Assembly (NCBI GenBank): GCA_013911465.1
Contig: JACETE010000001.1
Coordinates: 1-53,854, forward strand
Direction: 5' to 3'
DNA length: 53,854 bases
Origin: Candidatus Poseidoniales archaeon
GTDB taxonomy: Archaea > Thermoplasmatota > Poseidoniia > Poseidoniales > Poseidoniaceae
Shown piece after piece: positions 1 to 9,786 of the stretch. Position numbers and translations under genes: made by a program. How positions within the stretch are numbered: the first letter of the stretch is position 1; each line of letters opens with the position of its first letter. The notes under the pieces were generated by a model. That model ran no database searches and was not told where the DNA came from. It saw only the letters and a program-made list of their open reading frames with translations.

Positions 1-2
1 GA

Positions 3-290
3 AAGCGCCGAATTCGTGCCCTTCTTTTTACTGTACCAATCATTCACATTTTGAACCTGTTTCGAAATGCGGGTCTTGTATGGATGCATCTTTCCTACGA
101 GGGTTGGGAGTACCTCGGTCTAAGCATGTTTGAGTTTGGACACTCGTATGCTTCACGCGTCGTCTCATTGTTCGCAATGTTTGTGATGGCTATCGCAATG
201 TTCGAGTTGCTACCTGAACTCCATCGTCACATTCTCAGACTGATGGATGCTGCAGGGTTGCGAAAGAAAAAACAAGACATCAATTCTTGA
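3..290 (+). CDS. Possible 3' end of a CDS running off the left edge (hypothetical membrane protein fragment)
   Basis: The frame is open from nt 3, with no stop before the listed TTG at 51. The tail has hydrophobic helix-like stretches (VVSLFAMFVMAIAMFELL) and a basic end (RKKKQ). No family recognised. Confidence 0.3.
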   Translation, partial: KRRIRALLFTVPIIHILNLFRNAGLVWMHLSYEGWEYLGLSMFEFGHSYASRVVSLFAMFVMAIAMFELLPELHRHILRLMDAAGLRKKKQDINS

Positions 291-3200
291 TCCATGGTGA
301 ATCTGGTTCATCACGATACCACAACTTGCCGCTATTTGCAGGGAACTCAATGTGTTCACGGCCCTTGGAATCCATCATCCCCATTAGACTGGTAGATGGT
401 TGCTCAAGGACTGGTTCTTCCGCAGTCAGTTGGCCTAAGTCATAAATTGGGACATCAGAATTCTGGTATGCCGGTGGTTCTTGGCTGGGTGATTCCAATT
501 CTGGTGCACTTGGTAATGTGGTTGGTACTGTGTAGTCGTTGTTCATTTGCAACATTTGTTCAGCAAATGCATCCGTCTTGTTCCATTCCTGTTCCATATG
601 TTGCTGGTTTCCGCCGTTACCGCTTCGCAAAAACAGAACCATCAGTCCAATCAAAACGATGAGAAGCGCTCCTCCAGCACCATAAACGATATCGTTTGCA
701 ACGCTCGGAGCAAAGTCTGCATTGTCTCCAATTCCATCCCCGTCTACGTCCTTCTGTTCATCAGGGTCATCTGGGAACTGATCATCAATATCAGGAACAC
801 CATCTCCATCACGATCGAATGGATTGTATGTTGTGGCACAACTTTCAGCCGCTTTTTCAATTTCGAATGATGTAATGAATCCATCGTCATTGGAGTCGAT
901 TTCTTCGATTGAATACTCATTCTTGAACGGCAATGTTTCAAAGAAATCAACAGCGGTCTTTACTGGAAGTTGTTCCTCAAACATGAGCAATTCGTTTTCA
1001 CAATTGCACAAGTAAGCGACGACTTCAGTAAATTCAATCAACCCATCCTGGCTTTGGTCTACGCCATTGAATTCGATGTCTCCTGGACTTGAGCGTCTGA
1101 ACTCATCAGCATTCATGAAGCCATCACCGTTAATGTCCGAATCTTCGAAAAATTCTTCGAGATCTTCGTCGCAAGCGACAATGTCCTCCGGTTCAGGTTC
1201 AGGTTCGGGTGTTGGCCCAGGTCGAGTCTCTTCCTTCCAATAGGCTACAATTGATACGTCTGAGAAATCATCTTGAGCGATCAGTGTGATGTCAAAACGA
1301 CCAGATGCGGGAGAATAAACATACAATTCTTGGAAGGTTCCTTCCCCATAGGATTGGAACTGTTCCCCAAAGATATCCTCATCAAAGAGGTCTTCGTCAA
1401 AGAAATCCATATCGTCAAAGCCAAAGAAATCCTCGTAATCAATTTCTCCATCTCCCATGATGATGAGCGATCCTTCTCCACCAAAGGTTGTGATGATGAG
1501 TTCATCAGAACGTGTGGCTAAGTCGACATAAAAGTACAATTCTTCGCCAGCAGGAGCACTTAATCCGGAAACTTCTTCATCGTTAAACAATTCAATCGGT
1601 GTTCCGTCATATTCCCACACATAGAGGTCTTCGAATGAAGCAGTAATTGAAACGCCGCTAAAGACACTCATTGAGTCGAGAAGGATGTACCACTTGCCCG
1701 GTGTTGGATTGTTGAATCCAACCTTGTCTCCTGCTCCTGGTGAGCCCGAGTGGTGATCTGCTTCACTTGCGGTCGGTGTATTTTCGTAGCGCAGATGGAG
1801 GGTGGCTTCACCAAACCCACCATCAAGGTCGACTTCTAAGCGCTCTGTTCCTGAAGGAACATCGATGAAAAAGTATTGATCCAAGCCATCGTATCCACTC
1901 ATTGGACCGTATGCTATCCCTGGCTGAAGTTCAACAGCAGTTGAAGGGTCTGCATTGGTTGGGGCGTAGGTAAAGTCAGCAACAATGGTGAAATCATTGG
2001 CTTTGCGATACGTGTATGCTGTGATGTAGTAGATTCCTGGCTCAACATCAAACAGGTTAACTTCCTCATCGTTACCACCATTGGTTGAATACATGATGTT
2101 GCTTTGAATTCCCATGCTTTCATCTTCATAGAAGATGTCTTCATACGGTTCATAGTAGTAGTAATAATTCGGGTCAACAGGCCCTCCAGAGGAGATGACG
2201 AGGTCCACGTCACCTTTTCCACCATAGGTCTCAATCTTTAGTTCTGTCAATGAATCGGTAACATTCACGAAATAGTACTCAAGAGTTGCCTCATAACTAT
2301 CTCGATCACCTTGTATTGATTGCGAGGTCACAGGAACGCCATTGTACAATTCGGTCATTTCATCAAGACTTGGAGGTTCCTCGGCAACTTCCCAATAGGC
2401 TTGAATTTCGAATTCTTCTATGTCTTCTGTAACATCGATCGAGAACCAAATGATGTCTGCTTCTGGCCACGTCCAAGAATTCCAAACAGAGCCGTAGTAA
2501 CCAGTCAATTCTTCATCATAATCCCACGGTGCTGGAATTCTATCGTAACCAACGTACGCATTGAAGAAAGGACTTCCTTCGAAATCATAATCCCATTCGT
2601 CATAATAGTAATCCTCTGACCATCCCCAGATGTAGACATCTGCCATGATCGTGTACTCGTCGATGTCAGCATAGAATAGAAGTGTATCACCTTGTTGAAT
2701 ATCTTCGAGCATAACATATTCATCATTGAGCAATTCGACGGCTTGGGCTACGATAGACCCATCCGGCATCACCCAATCTGCTCCGATAATTTCTCCTAAT
2801 CGGTCTGGGTTGTCAAATTCAATCAGATCTCCAGTTTCGTCACCTTCACCTTCAGAAAAGGCCCAATGGCTCTTCGGTATCCATGCACCATTCTCTACCT
2901 TATGACCAATGGTTACATCATCAATAATGCCTTCGAAGTAGTAACAATCGCATCCAGCACCCATACGGGCAATGTAAAGCTCATCGCATGAATCACCTGA
3001 GGTAAAACAATCGTTGGAGCCAAAGTCGCCCACAGGAATCAGAGCGTCTTCAGCAGATATGTTACCTGCAGGAACTCCATCAATGGTGAATTCTCCTCCA
3101 ACGCCTTCAATGATGGATACCCCTATGGTATACCATGAATCCTCAGTGATGCTTGTGTTTGAGAGAGGATGCTTTGAGAGACTGTATTCCGAGGCATAGC

Positions 3201-3912
3201 CGATGTATCCATCGGAAAGATACATTCCCCATCCATAATCGCCTTTCATCGTAATAAATCGTATACCGTCAAGATTGTTTGCTTTGATGGTGGCTTCAAT
3301 GCTGAGCGAGCCATTTGTTGAAAGTCCTTCATCATGGTCGACAACAATGTGGTCGCCATATCCATCAAAACGTAGTGAGAAATCTGCGCCAGGACCTACT
3401 TCAACTACTCCGTATACAGGGAAATATTCTGGATTGTTTTCAAGATCGTTCCATGTTTGTGGCATGATGTTGCCCATGTTGGTCGATGCGATGTGAACAT
3501 AATCGGAGTCGTCTCCGCCTGTGGGTTGATCAACACCCCAGTTTCGATACAAAAATGGTGTGCCATCGTGCCATCGATAGATTCCTTCGTCTTGGACATC
3601 GTTGAGTCCAATCCAAAGGTGACGGCTTTGGTTGTCAAAACTTGCAAATGTATCGAAAACCCATGTGTTTTCATCCGCATCATCGATGGTTGTCAAATAC
3701 CCATTAAGAGAACGTGCTTTGAACGCAGCATCTTCCCAAGATGATGCGGTTAACAGATGATATGTCTTGTTGTTTGCAGGATTAACCTCGGTGTGTAAAA
3801 CTGAAACTTCTTCAGCAGGATTGGCTTGTACCGGTGCTGCGATTGAAAGAAGGGTTGAGGCGAGCATCATCAAGATGAGACCCGGTGCAATGATGCGTTT
3901 GTGCGACTGCAT
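280..3912 (-). CDS. Large acidic multidomain surface protein: signal peptide, C-type-lectin-like domain, LamG/ConA-like domain, three PPC-like beta domains, EF-hand loops, TSP3-like Ca-binding repeats, C-terminal TM anchor and cytoplasmic tail
   Basis: Signal peptide MQSHKRIIAPGLILMMLASTLLSIAAPVQA begins at the ATG at 3912. CTLD motifs: WIGLND, YRWHDGTPFLYRNW, QPT, WNDLEN. LamG-like region: LRFDGYGDHIVVD...SWYTIGVS. PPC-like region: YFFIDVPSGTERLEVDLDGGFGEATLHLRY. EF loops: DINGDGFMNADE, DQSQDGLIEFTE, DSNDDGFITSFE. TSP3-like repeat: DRDGDGVPDIDD...DVDGDGIGDNAD. TM helix: GALLIVLIGLMVLFL. The start is uncertain; an alternative ATG lies at 3963, and the ORF-track start at 4041 would overlap the lhr 3' end. 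Confidence 0.85.
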   Translation of the reverse strand: MQSHKRIIAPGLILMMLASTLLSIAAPVQANPAEEVSVLHTEVNPANNKTYHLLTASSWEDAAFKARSLNGYLTTIDDADENTWVFDTFASFDNQSRHLWIGLNDVQDEGIYRWHDGTPFLYRNWGVDQPTGGDDSDYVHIASTNMGNIMPQTWNDLENNPEYFPVYGVVEVGPGADFSLRFDGYGDHIVVDHDEGLSTNGSLSIEATIKANNLDGIRFITMKGDYGWGMYLSDGYIGYASEYSLSKHPLSNTSITEDSWYTIGVSIIEGVGGEFTIDGVPAGNISAEDALIPVGDFGSNDCFTSGDSCDELYIARMGAGCDCYYFEGIIDDVTIGHKVENGAWIPKSHWAFSEGEGDETGDLIEFDNPDRLGEIIGADWVMPDGSIVAQAVELLNDEYVMLEDIQQGDTLLFYADIDEYTIMADVYIWGWSEDYYYDEWDYDFEGSPFFNAYVGYDRIPAPWDYDEELTGYYGSVWNSWTWPEADIIWFSIDVTEDIEEFEIQAYWEVAEEPPSLDEMTELYNGVPVTSQSIQGDRDSYEATLEYYFVNVTDSLTELKIETYGGKGDVDLVISSGGPVDPNYYYYYEPYEDIFYEDESMGIQSNIMYSTNGGNDEEVNLFDVEPGIYYITAYTYRKANDFTIVADFTYAPTNADPSTAVELQPGIAYGPMSGYDGLDQYFFIDVPSGTERLEVDLDGGFGEATLHLRYENTPTASEADHHSGSPGAGDKVGFNNPTPGKWYILLDSMSVFSGVSITASFEDLYVWEYDGTPIELFNDEEVSGLSAPAGEELYFYVDLATRSDELIITTFGGEGSLIIMGDGEIDYEDFFGFDDMDFFDEDLFDEDIFGEQFQSYGEGTFQELYVYSPASGRFDITLIAQDDFSDVSIVAYWKEETRPGPTPEPEPEPEDIVACDEDLEEFFEDSDINGDGFMNADEFRRSSPGDIEFNGVDQSQDGLIEFTEVVAYLCNCENELLMFEEQLPVKTAVDFFETLPFKNEYSIEEIDSNDDGFITSFEIEKAAESCATTYNPFDRDGDGVPDIDDQFPDDPDEQKDVDGDGIGDNADFAPSVANDIVYGAGGALLIVLIGLMVLFLRSGNGGNQQHMEQEWNKTDAFAEQMLQMNNDYTVPTTLPSAPELESPSQEPPAYQNSDVPIYDLGQLTAEEPVLEQPSTSLMGMMDSKGREHIEFPANSGKLWYRDEPDSPWIKN

Positions 3913-4018
3913 GTTGAATTTCAACCGGTGGTGCTTGATAAGACCATTGCCTACCTTTTCCATAGTGCTATGGTGAATGTTGCGGTACATCAATGGCTTG
4001 GTACGTTGATTTGACAAC

Positions 4019-7000
4019 TTATTGCATCTTTTTTCCACCAATGCGGAGTTCTGTCTTCAACGGCATTTGGTGTTCCCAAGCGAATTCTTTGACGACACGC
4101 CAACCCTTCTCACTACCTTCATAATCTGTAACGTCAATGGTTTTGTTTCTTGTATTGGCTTTGAAAGCAGCAACAGGTTCGGCATTTTTGAACACCAGAT
4201 ATGCACTACCAAAGCCAAATTTTTCCTTTAGAACGTCACCGAAATAGGGGGCGATTGGATCAGTAGGAGGGAGGACAAAGTCACGTATCGGATTGATTGT
4301 CTTTGCGGATTCAAGCAATTCTTTTCGACCCCAACAGACCTCGTGCAGGTTTTCGATGAGGAATCCTTTGACGAGGGTACCATCGTCTTCAAATTCATTG
4401 AGCACAGCTTTCAATTCTTCAGGTTTGAATGGCGTTCCAGAAAGACGCAGGAGTTGCTTGATGGTAATGACTGGATAATCGCTCACAAGATTTCTCAGGT
4501 ATTCTCTTCGAAGATGAACTGGATCAGCATCTGTGCGTGGATGAACTGCCCTGAATCCTCCTCTGAAATCTTCGACAATGTGCCCAGTACGAATCAATGG
4601 TTGCACGAGTTTCCTAAATTCTGATTGCGTAAGTGCATGACGCTCTTTGAAGATGTTTGGATCGGTTTGTGTACTGAAGAAATCGATGATATCAACCAAA
4701 TCATCTTCAGGGGGAATTCCTCGAATGGTCAATAAATTCTCAAAATACTCATACGGGGCCCAAACTTGATGGCCACGCATGTTCACACCTTTGTGGAGTC
4801 GATTTGCGCTTGCCATTGATTTCAAATTGGTTCGGAACAATTCACATCGACCGCGGAGTGCGAAATCATCTCGTATCTCCTTGATTTTACGTAGTGCGAG
4901 AGTTTCATTTTCATGTCGTGTTTCTTGATGCAGGTGGTGTTGATGGAAAAGAGCCCGCTCAGCAATTTCCCTGGGTTGAGGGTCGACGACTCCACCTCGA
5001 ATCATTCGTTCGCCAACTTGTTTGAAACCAATTCGCTCCAAACCTGCACGCAATGGCTGACTTAACTCGGAAATCGGTTCACTGTTGACGTTGGTCAATA
5101 CTGCGACATCCACCAATTGATCTGCATGGTTCTCCAAGAGAATTAAGAAGGCATCACAAAACTCTTCGAAATATGCTGTTGGCACGTGCATGTCTTTAAT
5201 TTCTAAGTAATCATTGACCCTAAACATGAGTACTTTTCCAACTGGATCAACACCCTTGAACACAGGAAGATACCAACCTCGATCGAGTGCAGATCGAACT
5301 TCCCAAATGAATCGAGAAACGTACGGATCGGATTGAGTGAGAATACGAATACTTCGATCCTCTCTTCTGGGAACTCGTAACAATTCCACTTCAGCAGGTG
5401 TACAGTAAAAATCCTCAGTATCTGGAACAAGTGCTGTTACTTTGGAAATTTTACCACTTGTCTCCAAATTATGTAGCGCAACGAGTAAATCCTCGTAATT
5501 TCTTGAGACATAAAATCGCAACGTACTTGCCTTTACGGGGCCCATTCTTCGGACAACTTCTTCAATCGCATCTTCAAATTCCATCGGTTTGTAAACGCCG
5601 TGTACCCTGTGGAACAACGACAAACGTCGTCTTCGGCCGATGACTTCTTCAAATTGCTTCACGAACAACATTTGTCGGTCCAGATTGGAGACTGCATTTT
5701 TGACATCTCGCTCCATTTGGCGATGTTCTTCTCCTTTCGGGAAATCCTGGACCAATTCTTGTCGAGTGATGTTTTCATCTGGATGAAGTTTTGACAAGAC
5801 TTCTTCTTCCATCGCACCAATCCATGGTTCCGGTTTGAGGCCAAGCAACATTGGAATGTTCTTCTTGGTCGTGTAACCCATCCGATTGTGCAACAACCGT
5901 CCACTTACAACATCAGAATCGAGTTGCAAATCCTTCCAATCTTTAAATCTGAAATCCTTGATTCTGTACAACAATTCTTGTTGCTTTTGGACCAATACAT
6001 GCTCGTTAAAGGCATCAAAGACATCTTCGTATATTTTGAAAGATTTATCCAAAACAAGATTTTGAATCCAACGATATTCAACAACCTCTTCTTCTCCACC
6101 TGTGATTCGGTGCTCATCTACTTTGAGAATCAATTCAGCATCATCAGTTTGTGTAAAGAATCCTACACTGATCACGTTCCGGGTCTCGAGTTCATGGACG
6201 ATTCGATCAACGGATTTTTCTGAGAACGGAAGCCTCTCATGGAGAATTTCAGTGGTTTTTGGACCTTCAGATCCCAGAAGTTCGAGAACTTTGACACGAA
6301 GTGCTTCGTGTGGATCTCCAACAGGAATTGTTTTCCATTTAGTTGGTGTTGTTCCATCGAATTCACTGGCAATTTCAAACGTCATGTCTTTTGTATTGTA
6401 ATCGCGAAGATCAACAATAGATGTTGAATCCGTTTTGGCTAAACAAGCCAATGTTCCGTGGATTTCTGCCATAAACGGATTGAACCACTTTCCATCAATT
6501 TCTGGAACGCCCGTGCCATCAATTTTCGTAATCTTTCCTCGATTGCACAGTTCTTCGACCCAAGACCGAATAACTTCCAATTCAATACCCTCGAGTTTAT
6601 CCCTGTACAGGGGATTGTTGAATTCTCGATCAAGACCTCCACCATGTTGCATCAATTCATACAGAGATTCAGGTGAATGAGGAACAGGTGCTTTATCGCT
6701 GTAGTATTTGTCGAGTTGCTCCGAGGTCATCTCCGTAGCAAGGCTCCGTGTACCCATCAATCGACGTAGCACTTCTGGATCGATGTCTTTGACGAGGAAT
6801 GCTCGAGTCTTCATCGACATTAAATCCTCAAACGCAGACATGTACAAACTCATTCCTAAACGGGAAGGAATGGTTACCTTTGTGTGGACGATTCGTGCAT
6901 CTCCTTCAATACAGGATTCCAAGAATTGATTCAATCCAAAGACGTCAATATCACCAAAGAGGACTTCATTTTTGGCTTCCCTCATCAAGAGTGAACCTTC

Positions 7001-9310
7001 CATGGTCCGATGTCGTGTAAGAAGGGCCTCAGCTTTTTGTTGGAATTGTTGCGGGCTTATTTCTTCAGCACCAACTCGTTTAGGGATGATCATTGATCGG
7101 CCAGCAACTTCTCTGAATCGCTTGGCAAAAATTTGTGTGTTGATGATGTATCGCTCGATAACCTCGATGTGATTGTTTGACCGGAATGCTTCGTAAAGTT
7201 GGCCAGGGTCTACGTCTTGAGCAGTCCGAATAAGCAATCCATTTTCATCAAAGGAGAGTTCGATGACACTGATGCCGTTGGATTCAGCAATACCAGCCAT
7301 AAAGTAACCGAGAGCGGTGTTAAATGCACGCCCTCTACATGTTGTAATCAGATAGGCAGGATGTCCAGTCCCAATGATTTGTTCGATAAGGATTCGATTG
7401 GGTTCTGGAACTTGGAAGGTATCGATTGTATGTTCTTCCAAATGTCGAGCAATAGCATTCGAAACTGCATTGGAGAGACCGTATGCTTCCCGCAAGACAA
7501 GACGTGGATCTTGTTCACGTCGTAATGAAATCATGCAATGGCGTATCAAAGAAAGCAACGAGGCAGATAATTCCCTACTTCTTGAACGCGCTTCGCCTGA
7601 CCATGATGGGACCGTTGGTCGATATCCAGTAACACTCGATACGTTAACACGAGTGCCCTGTATGTTTGTAACACGATATGTGGAACCACCAAGGAGAATA
7701 ACATCCCCCCCTCGAAGATTGGACACAAAGGAACCAGATAACTGTCCAAGAATCGAACCTTCAGCATTGAATACAAGATAGGAATTATCTGGAGCAATTG
7801 TTCCAATGTTGGTGTAATAAATCATCCGAGAATATCCTCTCTTTCCGTATGTATTGTCTTCCCAATCAATCCAAACTCTTCGCTCCTCTTCGAGCATATC
7901 GAGAACTTCGATGAAATCGTCGTACTCGAAATTTCTATAGTTCCAGGCGCTTGAAACGATTTCAAATGCTTCATCGATGTCAATTTCATTGATAATGACA
8001 AGTCCAATCAGGAATTGAGCCACAACGTCAAGACAATTTTCTGGGAAATCAAGTCGGTCCATGTCTCCCGATTGAATTGCTGCTTGTAGGGCGGCTAATT
8101 CAATCAAATCATCGACACTCGATGGCAAGAATCGAGCACGAGGGATGCCTCCAACATGGTGACCTGCACGACCTATTCGTTGCAATGCAGTAGCGATATC
8201 ACCAGGGGAGCCGAGTTGAATAACCATGTCAACGGTTCCGATGTCAATACCCATTTCGAGTGAGGAAGAGGTGACTACTGCCCTCAAATGTCCTTTCTTG
8301 AGTTGCTGTTCAACGTTGAGTCGAATCTTTTTATCCATCGATCCGTGGTGGCCAGCTACAAGTTCGCCTAGTCCAAATTCAGGGCGGCGGAGTCTCTGAA
8401 CCAATGTTTCAGTCATTTTTCGAGTATTTGCAAAAACCAACGTGGTCGTGTGAGCTGAAATTAAATCAGCAATGATGCTAATGTTTTCATCAAGAATTTT
8501 CAGTACAGGTAAATCGCTGAATTTTTGATGCGGAAGGAGAATATCAAGGTCAAGTTCTCGTGACCCCGATACCTTTGCGATGTGTACCTTTTGTCCATCG
8601 CCTCGAGATTCCCGATCATCGCTTGCAACCAAATATTCAGCAACCGTTTCGAGTGGCTCCATGGTTGCTGAAATTCCTATTCGTTGTACTGGCCTCTCGA
8701 GTAACGTATCGAGATATGCTAGCGTAAGGGCGAGATGAACGCCTCTCTTTGTCGGTACGAGGGAATGCAGTTCGTCGATAATCATGTATTCAACATCACT
8801 GATGATCGGTTGAAATCTTGGTGATGTGATGGCAATTGCAAGGCTTTCTGGAGTCGTAATAAGAATATGCGGAGGATTGCGTAACATCTTTTGGCGTTCG
8901 GATTGAGGCGTATCACCTGTTCTTAATCCTACACGAATTTCTTGTGCACGATCGGGTAGGAATCGTTCTGAGATTTCATTGAGCGGTCCGATGAGATTCT
9001 TTTGAATATCATTCGCTAATGCTTTAATTGGCGAAATGTAAACGCAATGAATCCGTTTTTCCAATTTACCATCAAGTGCCTTGCGAACCAATTGATCAAT
9101 AATGGTGAGAAATGCAGTGAGTGTTTTACCTGAACCTGTTGGTGAACATAGCAGAAGATGTCCACCATCCATAATGGTAGGAATTGCAAGTTTTTGAGGT
9201 CGTGTAAAATCAGGAAACTTTTCTTTGAACCAATTCCGAACTGGGGCGCATAATTTGTCCAATAACACATCCGTTTCGGTGGGATGTTCGAGATATGTTA
9301 TCTCAGGCAT
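4019..9310 (-). CDS. lhr: Lhr-like large ATP-dependent SF2 helicase (1763 aa) with a long C-terminal extension
   Basis: Lhr-type N-terminus (VRNWFKEKFPDFTRPQKLAIP). Helicase motifs: I SPTGSGKT, Ia YISPIKALAND, II DELH, III SATM, V TSSSLEMGIDIG, VI QRIGRAGH. About 900 further residues follow the helicase core. A GGTGA sits 9 nt upstream of the ATG. Confidence 0.9.
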   Translation of the reverse strand: MPEITYLEHPTETDVLLDKLCAPVRNWFKEKFPDFTRPQKLAIPTIMDGGHLLLCSPTGSGKTLTAFLTIIDQLVRKALDGKLEKRIHCVYISPIKALANDIQKNLIGPLNEISERFLPDRAQEIRVGLRTGDTPQSERQKMLRNPPHILITTPESLAIAITSPRFQPIISDVEYMIIDELHSLVPTKRGVHLALTLAYLDTLLERPVQRIGISATMEPLETVAEYLVASDDRESRGDGQKVHIAKVSGSRELDLDILLPHQKFSDLPVLKILDENISIIADLISAHTTTLVFANTRKMTETLVQRLRRPEFGLGELVAGHHGSMDKKIRLNVEQQLKKGHLRAVVTSSSLEMGIDIGTVDMVIQLGSPGDIATALQRIGRAGHHVGGIPRARFLPSSVDDLIELAALQAAIQSGDMDRLDFPENCLDVVAQFLIGLVIINEIDIDEAFEIVSSAWNYRNFEYDDFIEVLDMLEEERRVWIDWEDNTYGKRGYSRMIYYTNIGTIAPDNSYLVFNAEGSILGQLSGSFVSNLRGGDVILLGGSTYRVTNIQGTRVNVSSVTGYRPTVPSWSGEARSRSRELSASLLSLIRHCMISLRREQDPRLVLREAYGLSNAVSNAIARHLEEHTIDTFQVPEPNRILIEQIIGTGHPAYLITTCRGRAFNTALGYFMAGIAESNGISVIELSFDENGLLIRTAQDVDPGQLYEAFRSNNHIEVIERYIINTQIFAKRFREVAGRSMIIPKRVGAEEISPQQFQQKAEALLTRHRTMEGSLLMREAKNEVLFGDIDVFGLNQFLESCIEGDARIVHTKVTIPSRLGMSLYMSAFEDLMSMKTRAFLVKDIDPEVLRRLMGTRSLATEMTSEQLDKYYSDKAPVPHSPESLYELMQHGGGLDREFNNPLYRDKLEGIELEVIRSWVEELCNRGKITKIDGTGVPEIDGKWFNPFMAEIHGTLACLAKTDSTSIVDLRDYNTKDMTFEIASEFDGTTPTKWKTIPVGDPHEALRVKVLELLGSEGPKTTEILHERLPFSEKSVDRIVHELETRNVISVGFFTQTDDAELILKVDEHRITGGEEEVVEYRWIQNLVLDKSFKIYEDVFDAFNEHVLVQKQQELLYRIKDFRFKDWKDLQLDSDVVSGRLLHNRMGYTTKKNIPMLLGLKPEPWIGAMEEEVLSKLHPDENITRQELVQDFPKGEEHRQMERDVKNAVSNLDRQMLFVKQFEEVIGRRRRLSLFHRVHGVYKPMEFEDAIEEVVRRMGPVKASTLRFYVSRNYEDLLVALHNLETSGKISKVTALVPDTEDFYCTPAEVELLRVPRREDRSIRILTQSDPYVSRFIWEVRSALDRGWYLPVFKGVDPVGKVLMFRVNDYLEIKDMHVPTAYFEEFCDAFLILLENHADQLVDVAVLTNVNSEPISELSQPLRAGLERIGFKQVGERMIRGGVVDPQPREIAERALFHQHHLHQETRHENETLALRKIKEIRDDFALRGRCELFRTNLKSMASANRLHKGVNMRGHQVWAPYEYFENLLTIRGIPPEDDLVDIIDFFSTQTDPNIFKERHALTQSEFRKLVQPLIRTGHIVEDFRGGFRAVHPRTDADPVHLRREYLRNLVSDYPVITIKQLLRLSGTPFKPEELKAVLNEFEDDGTLVKGFLIENLHEVCWGRKELLESAKTINPIRDFVLPPTDPIAPYFGDVLKEKFGFGSAYLVFKNAEPVAAFKANTRNKTIDVTDYEGSEKGWRVVKEFAWEHQMPLKTELRIGGKKMQ

Positions 9311-9376
9311 ATTTTTTTCACCAATCTCAGTGATGTGGAGGCAAGGTACGACACATATGATTGTTTCGTTTTTTGC

Positions 9377-9691
9377 CTATGCCCAACCAAGACCTTTCTT
9401 CCCCCATCGTTTAATGGATTCTGTTTCTGGATCGCTGTTCGAAATGAGTAATGGCGAGGTTGTTGAGATTGGAGGTAACAGGATTTCATGCAATGCTTTT
9501 GTTGGACACGAGCCTATACAAGAAAGACAACCGACGCATTGTGTAGCTAGAACAACGACTGGTCGTTTCTTGTGCTTCCTATCGGTGGGGCTCTCTGCAA
9601 GCGGCAAGAGCGCCTCAAAAGGGCAATGTGGGATGCACAAATCACAACCAGTGCAATCCGCCTCAGTTATGGCCACCATGGATTGTCCCAT
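9377..9691 (-). CDS. 2x[4Fe-4S] ferredoxin-domain protein
   Basis: Two CxxCxxCxxxCP motifs: CTGCDLCIPHCP and CVGCLSCIGSCP. Confidence 0.8.
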   Translation of the reverse strand: MGQSMVAITEADCTGCDLCIPHCPFEALLPLAESPTDRKHKKRPVVVLATQCVGCLSCIGSCPTKALHEILLPPISTTSPLLISNSDPETESIKRWGKKGLGWA

Positions 9692-9786
9692 GTTTTATGC
9701 TAGGCACTGGAGTTTTTCAATCCAAGCCTTTCTCCATGAGGTCAAGTTGAAATGCCATCTCGATTAGCGTAGTTTGAGGGGATATC

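Noticed and set aside
1185-1215. Short DNA tandem repeat (GGTTCA/GGTTCG units) inside the surface-protein gene
   Set aside because: It simply encodes a PEPEPEPE linker between domains. It is a coding low-complexity tract, not an independent repeat element.
3913-4041. N-terminal 43-codon extension of the surface-protein ORF in the ORF track
   Set aside because: It would overlap the lhr 3' end by 23 nt and would put 43 residues in front of an otherwise canonical signal peptide that starts at the ATG at 3912. An alternative ATG at 3963 remains possible.
4019-9310. Possible intein accounting for the unusual 1763-aa length of the Lhr-like helicase
   Set aside because: Helicase motifs I to VI are contiguous at normal spacing, and I see no intein block signatures (N-terminal Cys/Ser splice junction, or HN followed by Cys/Ser/Thr). 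The extra length is a C-terminal extension.
9311-9376. Possible C/D-box sRNA in the lhr / ferredoxin spacer (GTGATGT resembles a C box)
   Set aside because: There is no correctly placed D box (CTGA) or C'/D' pair on the same strand, and the element has no terminal stem. The spacer more likely just holds the lhr ribosome-binding site (GGTGA).
9225-9767. 180-aa plus-strand ORF spanning the lhr start, the intergenic spacer and the ferredoxin gene
   Set aside because: It is antisense to a ferredoxin ORF with two clean CxxCxxCxxxCP motifs and overlaps the lhr 5' end. Its translation has no recognisable motifs. It is most likely a shadow ORF.
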